From Asterias rubens (lineage: Eukaryota): DNA of 64,000 nt. Shown in pieces: positions 41,226 through 52,460 of the stretch. The stretch covers positions 16,988,001 to 17,052,000 of the forward strand of contig NC_047070.1 in the NCBI RefSeq assembly GCF_902459465.1. The letters run 5' to 3'. The notes below the pieces were generated by a model, which worked only from the letters and a program-made list of their open reading frames with translations, was not told the DNA's origin and did not search any database. Position 1 is the first letter of the stretch; each line of letters begins with the position of its first letter. Made by a program: the position numbers and the translations under genes.

Positions 41226-41829
41226 TTTGTATAATACTTTACCTAGCCTTTTATAAAACGTGTTGAGTGCGTCCCGGTCTGTGTTTGTCCATCACATTCA
41301 TAATGCACATAATATGTGTTTTCCATCAAAACGGTTTTTGTGTGGTCATAATGTTCTCACCTCCGGGTCTGTTTACACAGGGCTACTTGTATGATTTCAG
41401 ATTTCCCCTTACACACAAAACTATCGGTAGAGACTCTTGTTCAAAAACATTTCCCTTCACTGAATATAAATATTTGTATTTCCCCGGCATACACCATTTC
41501 CGGAAGACGACAACCAATTGTGGGACATAGATAACCCTTCCACACCCTCTCCTACCCATTTAATATTATTATTATTATCTTTTTAGAAAGAGCTGATTAA
41601 TTTGATGTTTGTTGCGTTCCCCCTTACATAGTTATAAAATGGTACTCTTCTAAAAATGTTTGGCAAGTCAGTCAACCCGCTGGTGAGTGTAATTTATTCC
41701 TCCATGGTGGTGTGAATTAGAAAATAACAACAACTAATATCCACAATCTACACAATCATAGGTTTTGAAGTAGGCCTGCACCGACCGGACGCAAAATTCA
41801 GATATCCCAAAATCCCATCACCGGTTGCA

Positions 41830-42085
41830 AAAGTTGACCGATTGCAAAAAGCTACCACCGATCCCTAAAGTTGACTGATTGCAAAAAGCCACCTCCGATC
41901 CCTTAAGTTGACCGATTGCAAAAAGCCATCACCGATCCCTAAAGTTGACCGATTGCAAAAAGCCACCACCGATCACTAAAGTTGACCGATTGCAAAAAGC
42001 CACCACCGATCACTAAAGTTGACCGATTGCAAAAAGCCACCACCGATCACTATTGACCACCGATTGCAAAAAGCCATCACCGATC
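41830..42085 (-). repeat. Seven 37-bp tandem units in the right foldback arm
   Basis: aaagttgaccgattgcaaaaagccaccaccgatc repeated seven times, with one irregular junction near 42052. Confidence 0.9.
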
Positions 42086-42700
42086 ATGAATATGCATGAC
42101 CGATCGCTATATACCATCACCGATCGTGTTTTATCACCGCTCGCTAAAGTTGATCACCGATCGCATAGGACCACCACCGATGACAAATTTGATCACCGGT
42201 TGCAAAAGATCATCACCGATGATTAAATGCCTCTTTGGCGTTCCATATGTTTCTGCATTTGCCGATTTTCCTTAAGAGTAAATTATTTCTTCTCAATAAA
42301 AAAATAAAGTATTTGTTTTTAGATTTTCTTTCCTTCTGTTCCTTGTTTGGTTGTTCGACTTTGTTTGTGTTTTCTTGTGTACGATAATGAAGAACTCTCT
42401 CGTTCTCTCCCTCTGAGCATTTTTGTGTATTATTTTGTAAAATATTTTTAACATACTGAAACATTTGTTCGACTTAAAGTAGTTATAAATGTGTGGGCTT
42501 AACAAGTACTGCATTCGCAGCATACGTAGATTATTTCACGCAGTGTCTATAATAGTCCCTCTGGCAACCCATCTCATCGGGGCACAAGAGGAGTGCAACG
42601 GGTAGAAAAAATGTGTCAACTGTCAAAGATTTAGTTTCGGCAAAGATAAAAACACCCGCTGAGTGAAACATCTGCGGGAACTGAGGGGGTTCACTCTAGA

Positions 42701-42706
42701 GTGAGT
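42701..42706 (+). promoter_or_regulatory. Candidate splice donor of a non-coding first exon of the GPCR
   Basis: ctaga|GTGAGT consensus donor about 1 kb upstream of the acceptor, in a locally GC-richer patch; no transcript evidence. Confidence 0.3.
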
Positions 42707-43704
42707 TTTAAACGGACGCGGATACTGTATCGATCCGGGCCGTTCTTTGTTTTTTTTTTTGTTTTTTTTTGGGGGGGGGGTAAATACTTGGGTCCTGTGG
42801 AATTCATCCGGTTGGCTCACCAAGTGTGTCAGATCACCAGAATTGATGCAGTCAGATGAACCTGGAAACACCAGGAACACCGGGACACCGGACCAGCTCT
42901 TCACACAAGAGGCAGAAGCTGTTACTCCGGGGCAAGCCTGGCCGCTCCCAGGTGCTAGACCTTTTGGTGTGTTGTTAAAGTATAAAATGTGCCAAGCATT
43001 GCAAATCGCTGGATAGCTGTAATTAGCTGTCACAGTACATAAAGCTGCAATAATTGTTGGATTTGTTTAGCTACCCAATCTCCCCACCCCCACCTTGTGG
43101 TTATCGCGGCGAATCTATGTTTGTTTAACTGTCGGTGCAGCAGTTTTCGGTTTTGCCGTCAGGGCCAAATTGTGATTAAACAACTGTCAAGAGAAGAGAA
43201 ACGCAGTGCGGTATTAAAAGACAACTAACATTTGACATTTTTGGAAAACTCAAGGCTGGGAAATAATTTCCTGAAACTTTACTTTATATTGAGGTAAAGG
43301 AAAACTGACAGGTTTATTGACAATGTGTGGTGTGTGTTCATGAATATGAACATGTACATGTTTAAATTTAAATACTGGTTGTTTGCACAAGGGTAATGTA
43401 AACAGTTTGCCTTATGTTTGAGATATACGCACACACAGACTTTTTTATTTTGATTAAGGGTAAGTTAAATAATAATGTATATCCAATTGGATATGGTATT
43501 TTATATTGAAGGAATCCAAGGTAACGTAACATTTTTATATTTAATATCTTGTGAAGTTTTTGTTGGACGAAGTTTTCAAGATTGACTTGGAATAACCCAT
43601 TAATTTGACATGTTTAACACCAAAATGCGGGTCAATTCCGGCCTGTGAGTTTTGAGTGTGCCAGGTCTATACAGAACAAGGTAAAGGTATAACGTATTCA
43701 CAGC

Positions 43705-43731
43705 ACTTTTCTCTCTCTCTCTTTGCTCTAG
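43705..43731 (+). promoter_or_regulatory. Splice acceptor of an intron in the GPCR 5' UTR
   Basis: Polypyrimidine tract cttttctctctctctctttgctctAG ends 42 nt before the ATG, with no upstream ATG in between. Confidence 0.7.
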
Positions 43732-43773
43732 GATTGTGACCATTAAAAGGGATCGAGGACCTATCACGACGCC

Positions 43774-45162
43774 ATGGCTTCGCACCCAGGTTTGACAACC
43801 GTGCGAGACACCACCACAGGTTTCCTCGTCCAGCCCATAAGCTTTGAGGAGCTCATGGATTTTTTCGAGGACAAACAAAACCCCAACCTGCAAGAGGGTG
43901 CAGAAGTTGGATACAGCAATCAGACGGGATCGGACAACATGGGTCTGTACGCCGAAAGCTCCTCTATAGACTTCCTGAACAGCTTCGTTGATAAAATCGT
44001 CGAAGAGGGCAACACCGGGTCACATGACAGCTTTCTCAACCCCAAGAGTGTGTCCGCACGGGTGGTCTTTATCACCCTGTACAGCCTCATATCTGTCATG
44101 TCCCTTCTGGGTAATTCTCTCGTGTGCCTCGTTGTGGTGCGCAACAAACGCATGCGCAGTGTCACCAACTTCTTTCTGACCAATCAGGCACTCTCTGACA
44201 TGCTCATGACTGTTCTGAACATACCGTTCATTGCGTACAGCCAGCTTGCGGTGAACTGGCCTTTCGGCTCCATCATGTGCCACTTAGCGGACTACATTGG
44301 AATGACGTCAGTCTATGTGTCTACCTTCATGTTGACCGCGATAGCGTTGGATCGTCATCGCGTCATTATTCATCCTCTCCGTCCTCGAATCACAATGGCA
44401 ACGGCCGTGGCAATTGACATTTTAATCTGGGTCTTGGCACTGACTCTCTCCGTTCCGTTTGCCATCTACCGAGAGATACATCAACGACCGAGCAACCCTG
44501 ATCACTTAGTCTGCATCGCAAACTATCCCGGTGAACCAGGATACTTTAGAACCTACTTTGTGCTTGCTACGTTCATCTGTCAGTACGTCATCCCTCTATC
44601 GCTGACATCTGGAGCGTATGTACGCATTGGGATGAAGCTGTGGGCCCAAGCAGCTGTTGGAGACATGATCGCCCAACAGCAAGCCGCTAACAACAGGGCC
44701 AAGCAGCGTACTATACGCATGCTGGTACTGGTCGTGGCCGTCTTCGCCATATGCTGGTGTCCGATCAACATGTACCTTATCGTCAGTGAGTTTATCCCAA
44801 CTCGAAAGAGCGCGATCCTGTACCTCTGGCTGCACTGGTTTGCCATGTGCAGCGTGTGCATCAACCCCGTTGCCTTTGCCTTCCTGAATGAGAACTTCCG
44901 CAGTGAGCTAAAGGCGACATTCCACTGCTGGTTCCTGAAAGTCAATTTCAAGAGAAACAGCAAGTACTTCGGTCGAACGACGGACGGCAATGAGAACTCA
45001 CACACGACAGAGAGGCACACGACGGCAATGAGTGGCTATGAATCGGTCACCACGCGCACGACGAACTGCAAATCCCCGGGGTCGTGCGAAACATACCAGA
45101 TGGAAGTGAAACTCACAACTGGGATTGATGATACGGACGGCGTCAGAGAGTACGAGGTTTAA
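43774..45162 (+). CDS. GPR83: Class A (rhodopsin-like) peptide GPCR, GPR83-like, 462 aa, uninterrupted coding exon
   Basis: Seven hydrophobic segments; GN in TM1, DRH (aa193-195), CWCP in TM6, LHWFAMCSVCINPVAFAFLNENFRSEL in TM7/H8. The segments ALDRHRVIIHPLRPRI, KLWAQAAVGD and NENFRSEL closely parallel vertebrate GPR83 as I recall it (AVDRHQVIMHPLKPRI, KLWLCNMIGD, NENFRIEL). Good start context gacgccATGG and an N-terminal NQT sequon. Confidence 0.9.
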   Translation: MASHPGLTTVRDTTTGFLVQPISFEELMDFFEDKQNPNLQEGAEVGYSNQTGSDNMGLYAESSSIDFLNSFVDKIVEEGNTGSHDSFLNPKSVSARVVFITLYSLISVMSLLGNSLVCLVVVRNKRMRSVTNFFLTNQALSDMLMTVLNIPFIAYSQLAVNWPFGSIMCHLADYIGMTSVYVSTFMLTAIALDRHRVIIHPLRPRITMATAVAIDILIWVLALTLSVPFAIYREIHQRPSNPDHLVCIANYPGEPGYFRTYFVLATFICQYVIPLSLTSGAYVRIGMKLWAQAAVGDMIAQQQAANNRAKQRTIRMLVLVVAVFAICWCPINMYLIVSEFIPTRKSAILYLWLHWFAMCSVCINPVAFAFLNENFRSELKATFHCWFLKVNFKRNSKYFGRTTDGNENSHTTERHTTAMSGYESVTTRTTNCKSPGSCETYQMEVKLTTGIDDTDGVREYEV

Positions 45163-45636
45163 GATTAAAATAGTGCTTGAGCACCGCTGGTGTGACCAAA
45201 CTGAACTTTACTGCAATCTGCCACTGTCTCCAAAATGCAGGTCTATATAGGCCTTTGTATAATTTATGAGGCATATTTCAAAATATGAAAACACTCAAAA
45301 CACACGATGAAATACTCATGGTAGTACTTCTCGTACAATTAGACTTCTAACATGCACGTACTAACTCTAACAATTAAGACTAGGAGCCTGATGGCAGTGT
45401 CTGGGGGATACGAATGCGGGTCATTGCGAGCTCCCCACCCCAGTCTGATCATGACCGGGGAGGCTGGCTGGAGCGGTATGCCTGAACAAAGTTAAACAGT
45501 TTGTGACAGCAACATATAAACCACAGGAACTCCTCAAAGTGAAGTCTTGATAATTTTATGAAAATGTAGCACCCATTGTCTTTATGTAGGTTGAACTTTC
45601 CAAAGCCAATTTTGTTAAGGAAATTTGTTGTTTGTT

Positions 45637-45642
45637 AATAAA
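45637..45642 (+). terminator. Candidate polyadenylation signal AATAAA for the GPCR
   Basis: AATAAA about 475 nt after the stop codon; further copies occur downstream, so usage is uncertain. Confidence 0.3.
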
Positions 45643-48600
45643 AAATTGTATGCAAGTTCGCCACAACGAAGAGTAAAGGCCACTCTCGGTAAAGGGCTAT
45701 ACAATAAGAAAAATATTTAACATGAAACAAAATGGAGCTGGAGGTAGTAATTGATATTCCTATTATAATGAGTGTAGGGTGGAAAGAAACCATCTTCCTG
45801 ATTGAAAGGGCCTTCTCGTTCTTAAGATAACACAACAATCGGCCTCTTAAAAACGTGCACATAACATTCCATTTATTTTTTACATACACACTGTAATGAG
45901 ATAAATTATAATGTGGCCTTTTTGGTGGAAACTTTTTTTTGTCTGAGAAAAGGTGAGGGAAGCACTGGTTATCCATAAATACATGGTTGGTGTTTTTCGT
46001 CAGGTTTAAGTGTTAAAGATGAATTTGAACAGTTATACCTTTTGCATTTATTTACGCGTTGACATTTTAGGGAATGTGTTCTTGTAACTACCGCGAGCCG
46101 CCGCCGACCAATGCATCCAGTTCCTTATTCATGCAGAAATGTTAAGCACCAAGGTGAACATTCAAAGGGTGAGCTGGGATCAGTTCGCGTGGAAATATCT
46201 TGAAAGAGTGAATACGGAACGAAGAACTAAGTGGTATTGTCGTGTAAAGAGTGCAGATAGCGTGATCAAGAACCAGATCTTTGAAATGGAAAACGGTGTG
46301 AGGCTTTAAACAGGAATGGCCAATTGAATGAATTTAAAGAGTGAATCCGTCAGAAGATGCAAACAAGTTTAGTACTCTGTTAAGAATATGAGCCATAGAG
46401 AATTAAGAATAGCTTGATTTATAATTTAAAAATAAAAGCAGCATTTGAAAGTATCCTTTTATAAGATATTCACTTACAATTTGGAAAGAACACTCTAAGG
46501 CATACTTCTTCACGGCAAAAAATAAAATATGTTACTACTCTCTTGAGTGGATACCTCAAAAATTATCCCGTCGTTCTTAACAAGGACACAGTAAAATACA
46601 CTGGAACTGCCGGAAGACCTTTACAATGCAAGAAGAAATATGTCTGCAAAGAACCAGACTATCAATTTATGTTCGTCTTATTTTAACTTGAAGAAACAGT
46701 GTGAATATATGAAAGAGAGAAAGCAAATATGTGGAGAAAGCTAGAAGGTTTACTTTTGTGATGGAGACAAAAAAATAGAAAAGATAGAAAAGACAGTTGC
46801 ACCACTTTCACCCATGAAGTAAATTTGAACACCCTAGTTTTGCAGTGTGATATAATCCATGTGGTTTATATTTGGATTGTGTATACATGTATGGTGATCG
46901 AGGAAGATAATTTTAGAAATTAAATAAATAAATTAACTAATTAATCAATTAATTAATAAACTAATTAATATTACAGACAGGATGCGTAACTGTCGCCAAC
47001 TGCTTTCCATCTTTGTAGAGCAACTTAGTTATTTTGATAAGTTGCTCTTTTTGGTTGGCCTATCAGGAAAGTACATTATAAGATAGTGTGGAAGATGAAA
47101 GATGGGTCTCTCAAACTTTCCAGATAGATTAAGGAAAAACAAGAAAGGTTTTGAACAAGTTGTTTCGCCTTTACGCTTCGGATGATCTTGTTCAATCTGC
47201 ATGATCTTTATTGACAGGATCACTACTGTGATCGGTTGTACATGAATTCATATTTAGTAGTCCGACCATATCGGTTTAATATTTACAGAGGAAAGTGCGG
47301 GTACATCAAGTTGACCCGGGCCTATCTTTTTTCAGACATTAAACAAAAGTCTTAATAACCCTCAAGTCCATGAAGAACTTTTAAAAATCAAAGCGTGGTT
47401 GTGAATAGGAAGTGTGTATGTATTTGTGTACATGCCTTACGTATCGGCACGCGTGCCCTCAACGCCACACAGCCAAATTTGCTCGCGTATGAAAATGCCC
47501 GGATTGATGGTTGGTGTCACGCGTGGACGTGATCACTGCACTGTTAAAAATATTCCCATGACGTGCCACCGTCGATAAAAAGCACTTGCGGCTGGTCGTA
47601 GAGAAATCATGAACTACTACTCAGATGTTCGACCTGTTGGCCTGGGGGTTGAAGGGGTGAGGGTGAATTACAGACGTGTTCATGTATAACGTGGGAGCCT
47701 TGATCATGAAGAAGCAGCTGGCAGCTTTATGTCTTTGCTGTTTTATTCAGAAAGCACGTCATACTGAAGTATACGAACTAAAAAGGTTCATGTTTTTTGC
47801 TTAGACCATTGTCAGGAAAAAAAAACTAGCGAAGATTTACAGAAGTTGTTGAAGAACTTGTGCTCGACACTTCTCTCAAACTGATTCTAGTAGCACAGTG
47901 AAATTTGATTAGACCTTAACAAACCGAACTTTAAACATTTTACAACAACATGCCCATCAGCAGCAAGAGGGCTACTCCAATTTAAACCATTAGCTACAAA
48001 GTGTGCGTTTACAAAAGTTACCAATCGACTGCGGGCCAGTAGAAGTTGCTGGACTCTATTCCAATCTATGGAGTCATTTTTTTACCCTTACGCTGATTCA
48101 CACGCAGACCGTTTTCAGGAGTTCATTCTAGTGTGTAACTGATACGAGTCTCCTGATTTATAAACAAACAAAGAGTGGTAAAGAAAATGTTTTGAAAGTT
48201 TTGAATATGGTGAATAACGGTGATTTGGTATGTGCGACTTATTCTTTGAGATGTTAGATTGTTGCTGGTGCAAGGGTGAGTTGGAGCTAACCCGGGGAGA
48301 GTAGTGGCAGTGTGAACGAAGATAATTTTGTTAAGTTGGCAAGTGTATGTGTGGTGTATTTCGTTGTGCATGACATTAGTTGAGACCCTTTCGTGGTGCG
48401 GCCATCTTGTTTTGCCTCAAATGATCTCAGTGTAACAAAAACGAGGCCGGATAGAAAACAAGGGGAACAAGTTTCATGTTGACTGTACACATTGAACCTT
48501 GTTTACCATAGACCATGGAGGTAGAGTTATTAATAGACACACCACCGTATAGATGTATAGGCTTTGTGACTATTTATCATTGGGGGAATATTTGTCAGTG

Positions 48601-48774
48601 TTACAATTACTTATCTTAGGCTACTTCTAATAGTTAAATGGTGTGCATGACAATAAGTGTAAACACAATCTATACGTCGTCGTTAATCTACAAAGATATA
48701 TATTGTTCATTGATGAAACAGTGGGGACAGGTACCTGATATGTTTATATTCAGCAGCTTACAAAGGCCATACAA

Positions 48775-49512
48775 AAATTATTGATAGTTACCACATCCCA
48801 GATCCGATTACGGGAAAATTTGAGAAAGTCACAAAATTAATGCTATACCCTGTTTTTGTCTCAGTTATTTGTTAGAATCAAGGGTATTTTTGTACACAAA
48901 AAAATTCAGTTAAATATTGGTTTACTGTAATATTTGTTACTCATACCCATTTTATTGAAGGAATTGTAGACTTAAGTTGGATTAGATTTGTAAATACTTA
49001 TATTGTACATAAAAATATTACTCCGTCGATTTAACTTATACAACGTCCTAACTTTTCACATTGAAAACAAATAATTCAAAAAAGAATCAACAAAACAACA
49101 GGTTGACATGTTATTCAACTCTGTCCAAAATATCAAAATATGTTAACATTAAAAAGTTTCCGCATGTTATTTTACTGTATCCCAAATTAAGTGAAAATGT
49201 AAATAAGTTGACGAAAATGAAAAATAGTAGTCTTAAGCACGTTTTTGCTTTATGTGGCAAATGTCAAAATAATGTTCAATGTCAAAGAGAATCTGCTTTG
49301 AACAAAAAATATTGATAATAACCACATCCCAAATCCGATTACGGGAGAATTTGAGACAGTCACAAAAAAATTGTTTTTGTCTTAGTTATTTTTTAGATTC
49401 AGTGGTATTTTCGTACATAAACAAAATCAGGTACAGTACCCACTTTATTCAAAGAATTGTAGACTTAGCCTAAATGATGGAATGGTAGATTTAAATGACT
49501 TAAATTGTAGAC
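48775..49512. repeat. Local direct duplication of about 200-235 bp (48775-49010 and 49305-49512)
   Basis: accacatccca.atccgattacggga.aatttgaga.agtcacaaaa at 48790 and 49321; gaattgtagactta at 48961 and 49454. Confidence 0.85.
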
Positions 49513-50161
49513 TCATTCTGACGTTTATGGAAGCCACTTCTAACCAACCCCTAATAAAAGTATTGTGGTGGTCACACACACACACCATGCTAGTCTTTCA
49601 AACTAAGCTAACAAAAAAATATAAAAGAGACAATGTTCCTGCAATCACAGACTTATAGTTGACCATCGTGTATTTAGTGTCATATCACCAAGTACTAGTT
49701 GAATTATCAATTTCATTGTGTCAAGTTCCATGTATTTCTGGCGTTTATGTACTATAGTCATCATCAGTCACATTTTTTGATAAAATGTTAAGTGGCTGTT
49801 ACTAGCGAATCAAACCTAATGTAATTACGACAATTGAAATGCTAATGAGGTACAATTGTATATTTCTAGATTGATATTCGAGGATGTTTATAGTTTTTCT
49901 AATATAATATTTTCTGATTGCTTCGTATCTCGTTAGCTTAAAACTTTGAAATATAGATCTCTTCATATCGGTTCGAGTAAGAGAGAGGGAAAAGGTCTTG
50001 AAATGTTGACAAAACTATAATGTTATTATGGTTTACTTGCCTTGAGTCGAAAATCACAGCGATGCAACACTATCCGTTGAACTGTTTTACAGACAGTGTA
50101 TTATTTTATTCAGAAGTGATTTTTTTAAATAAAAACCGTTACCATTTCAAAAAGCAAACTA

Positions 50162-50511
50162 TTCAATGCAGTGCACTCAAAAATAACTATTGGCATAAAA
50201 CCTTACTTGGTATCGAGTAATAGGGAGCTGTTGATAGGATATAAAACATTGTGAGAAACGGATCCATCTGAAGTAACGTGGTTTTCGAGAGAGAGGTAAT
50301 TTTCCACGAATTTGATTTCGAAACCTCAGAACTCGATTTTGATGTCTCGAAATGTCTGAAAGCACACAATATTTCGTTCATTAATATCTCGCAGCTTTGA
50401 CGACCAATTTGGCTCAAAATTTCCACAGATTTGTTATGTATGCATACGTTGAGATACACTAAGTGAGACGACTGGTCTTTGACAATCTCCAATAATAGTG
50501 TCCGGTGTCTA
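50162..50511 (-). mobile_element. Kolobok-like MITE family A copy
   Basis: acattgtgagaaacgg...ctctgaag and actggtctttgacaat...aatagtgtcc are colinear with 4379-4745. Confidence 0.8.
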
Positions 50512-50879
50512 TTCTCCATCACTATCACTAAAAATGTTATGCATGTTCACTTGATGATGGTTGAGTGTGTGTGTGTGAGAACCAGGTGACATTGTATCAA
50601 AGTAAATTTTCTTGCATTAATATTGGCAAAAAGGTATAGAGTTATTTGTATAGTGACTCTGTACAATTTGGGTGTTGATGTACAGCATAATTGCTGTGGA
50701 CTGTGTATGTGGTAAGCCGTGGAATGCAGTCTGTGGCCGGTACAGCTGTGGTGAAACAAAGGCTGTTATGCAGTCATGTTTGTAAGCCGGGCATTGAGGC
50801 CTGGTAACAACGTTTTGTTTGATTCTTTTGGACTGAGGACTACACTTACTTTACATAGGATCATGTGGAACATTGTATT

Positions 50880-51135
50880 AATGTTCTACCTCAACATAGG
50901 ATAAAATATTTTTCTTTCTTAACAAAGGTATAGATTACATTCTACCTCAATAGAGGAATTATGTTCACCTCCAAATATTATTATGGACCCCCGTATGAGG
51001 TCTATTCTACCGCAACCGAGGTACAGAACAATTGCTGTCTACATCAACAGAGGGTTATAATGTTTTTACCTCAACATAGGTATGTTCTACTTCAACAGAG
51101 GTATGGAATATTACTTTCTACCTCAATAATGTGAT
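50880..51135. repeat. Degenerate array of about nine ttctacctcaacagaggta-like units
   Basis: Units near 50883, 50911, 50940, 50963, 51005, 51037, 51064, 51084 and 51116. Confidence 0.75.
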
Positions 51136-52104
51136 CAGGCAAAACCACCGTAATATAACAGTACAACAGTTTAGGTGTTGAATTACAAAGTTGGTGTTGG
51201 ATTTTGTTCGAATGAAGCAATCACTGCAGGCAGAAAATGGTTCTTGTATCACAATCTTCTTTGGGGTACGTCAATGCCCCTAGAATAGACAAGTCTTATT
51301 GTAAACATGTTATTAAGTTAAGTATCATTAAGTGTGGGAAATATTTTTGTAAAATGTGTTTTAATCGATGATTGTTAAATGCAGTGAAACAGTTCTTCAA
51401 GAATAATACTGATTTATGTACTCGTGGGTATTTTTCGGTTTTGATTTTATTTAAAATTTAAAAAGATACCGATTAAAATATCCTAATGTCCTTTTTGTTA
51501 TAATTCATCTGATTGAACATCGCTACAAGTACAGCCCACCCAAATAAGGTACCCATGGCCTAACTACTTTATTCAACAAGTCAACCGGACTGCAACTCAC
51601 TGTACAAAACCATCCAGGCACCAACCAGGGATAATTAACCTACAAAAAATGCCCGAGTCCAGAGGAAGACAACAAAATACGTACACTTTTATATCTCCAA
51701 CCTGTGGATCGTGGCCTACTTAAATCAAATAATATTTTACGTTACAATACGCCCAAGAGCATTTCCACAAAACTCCCCAATGCACATGAATAATTTTCAA
51801 AACAGAATTCTTACTGGGTAGGGGGCATTCACTCAACAAAATTTGCCTACCGCACTGCATTTTAAGGGGAAACACAACAGCAAGGTGAAGACACGTTACG
51901 GTGCCGCCAGACACTTTTATGAACCATTACATTTCCGCAGAGCCAAAGAGATTTACAAAATGATTGTGGTCTTAAGGCAAGCTCTAAAGTGAAATTAACA
52001 CAAAAATATTCTTCAGCGGTAATTAATTGCCATGTTTCCACACGGTACCGGAAACGCAGAGTGCAGTTACCGGAAGCAGTCTCGTTAGAACGGGGTTTCT
52101 TTTT

Positions 52105-52460
52105 TATCGCACGCCCTCAACGGGTCTTTCCTTTCATATGGTTAAAATTACAACGGCAAAAATATTCGTGTAATGCTACTGGCATTTCTTTACAGTACCG
52201 TGAACACATTTTAAGAAGAGAGAAAAATAACCAGAATACTGTATGCCCTAAACCTTTTGGAAGACAAGAGGTAATATTTTAGGGGCAGGTGCACGCCCTC
52301 AATCGCCCGGTCGTTCATGGAAACACGAAAAAAACTTTTCCTGCATTTTTGTTAAATTTACAACTGCAACAATTTCCGTGAAATGCTCCTGGCATTTCTT
52401 TACAGTACCATGCATGCAGTTTTAGAAAAGAGAAAAATAACTAGAATATTGTAAAAGTAA
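52105..52460. repeat. Tandem duplication, period about 180-210 bp
   Basis: gcacgccctcaa and ggcatttctttacagtacc (52181, 52391) each occur twice. Confidence 0.8.

Larger units (their letters stand above)
40845..42246. mobile_element. Foldback-type DNA transposon (non-autonomous) with about 380-430 bp terminal inverted repeats and an 8-bp TSD
   Basis: Left arm 40845-41225 is the reverse complement of right arm ~41815-42246, with 1 mismatch in the outer ~165 bp. ATGTTTCT is duplicated at 40837-40844 and 42247-42254. Confidence 0.93.

Noticed and set aside
43920-45020. Antisense and alternate-frame ORFs overlapping the GPCR
   Set aside because: Shadow ORFs expected from the codon bias of a real coding exon; no recognisable domains.
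45393-45443. HDV-like ribozyme in the GPCR 3' UTR (gcagtg/cattgc and ctgggg/ccccag are interleaved like P1 and P2)
   Set aside because: No P3 pairing, no L3 consensus, no P1.1 GG and no proper J4/2. It also lacks SECIS and C/D-box consensus. At most an ordinary GC-rich hairpin.
47017-47048. Third mini-hairpin insertion (agagcaactta/taagttgctct)
   Set aside because: 11-bp arms but different termini and no flanking direct repeat.
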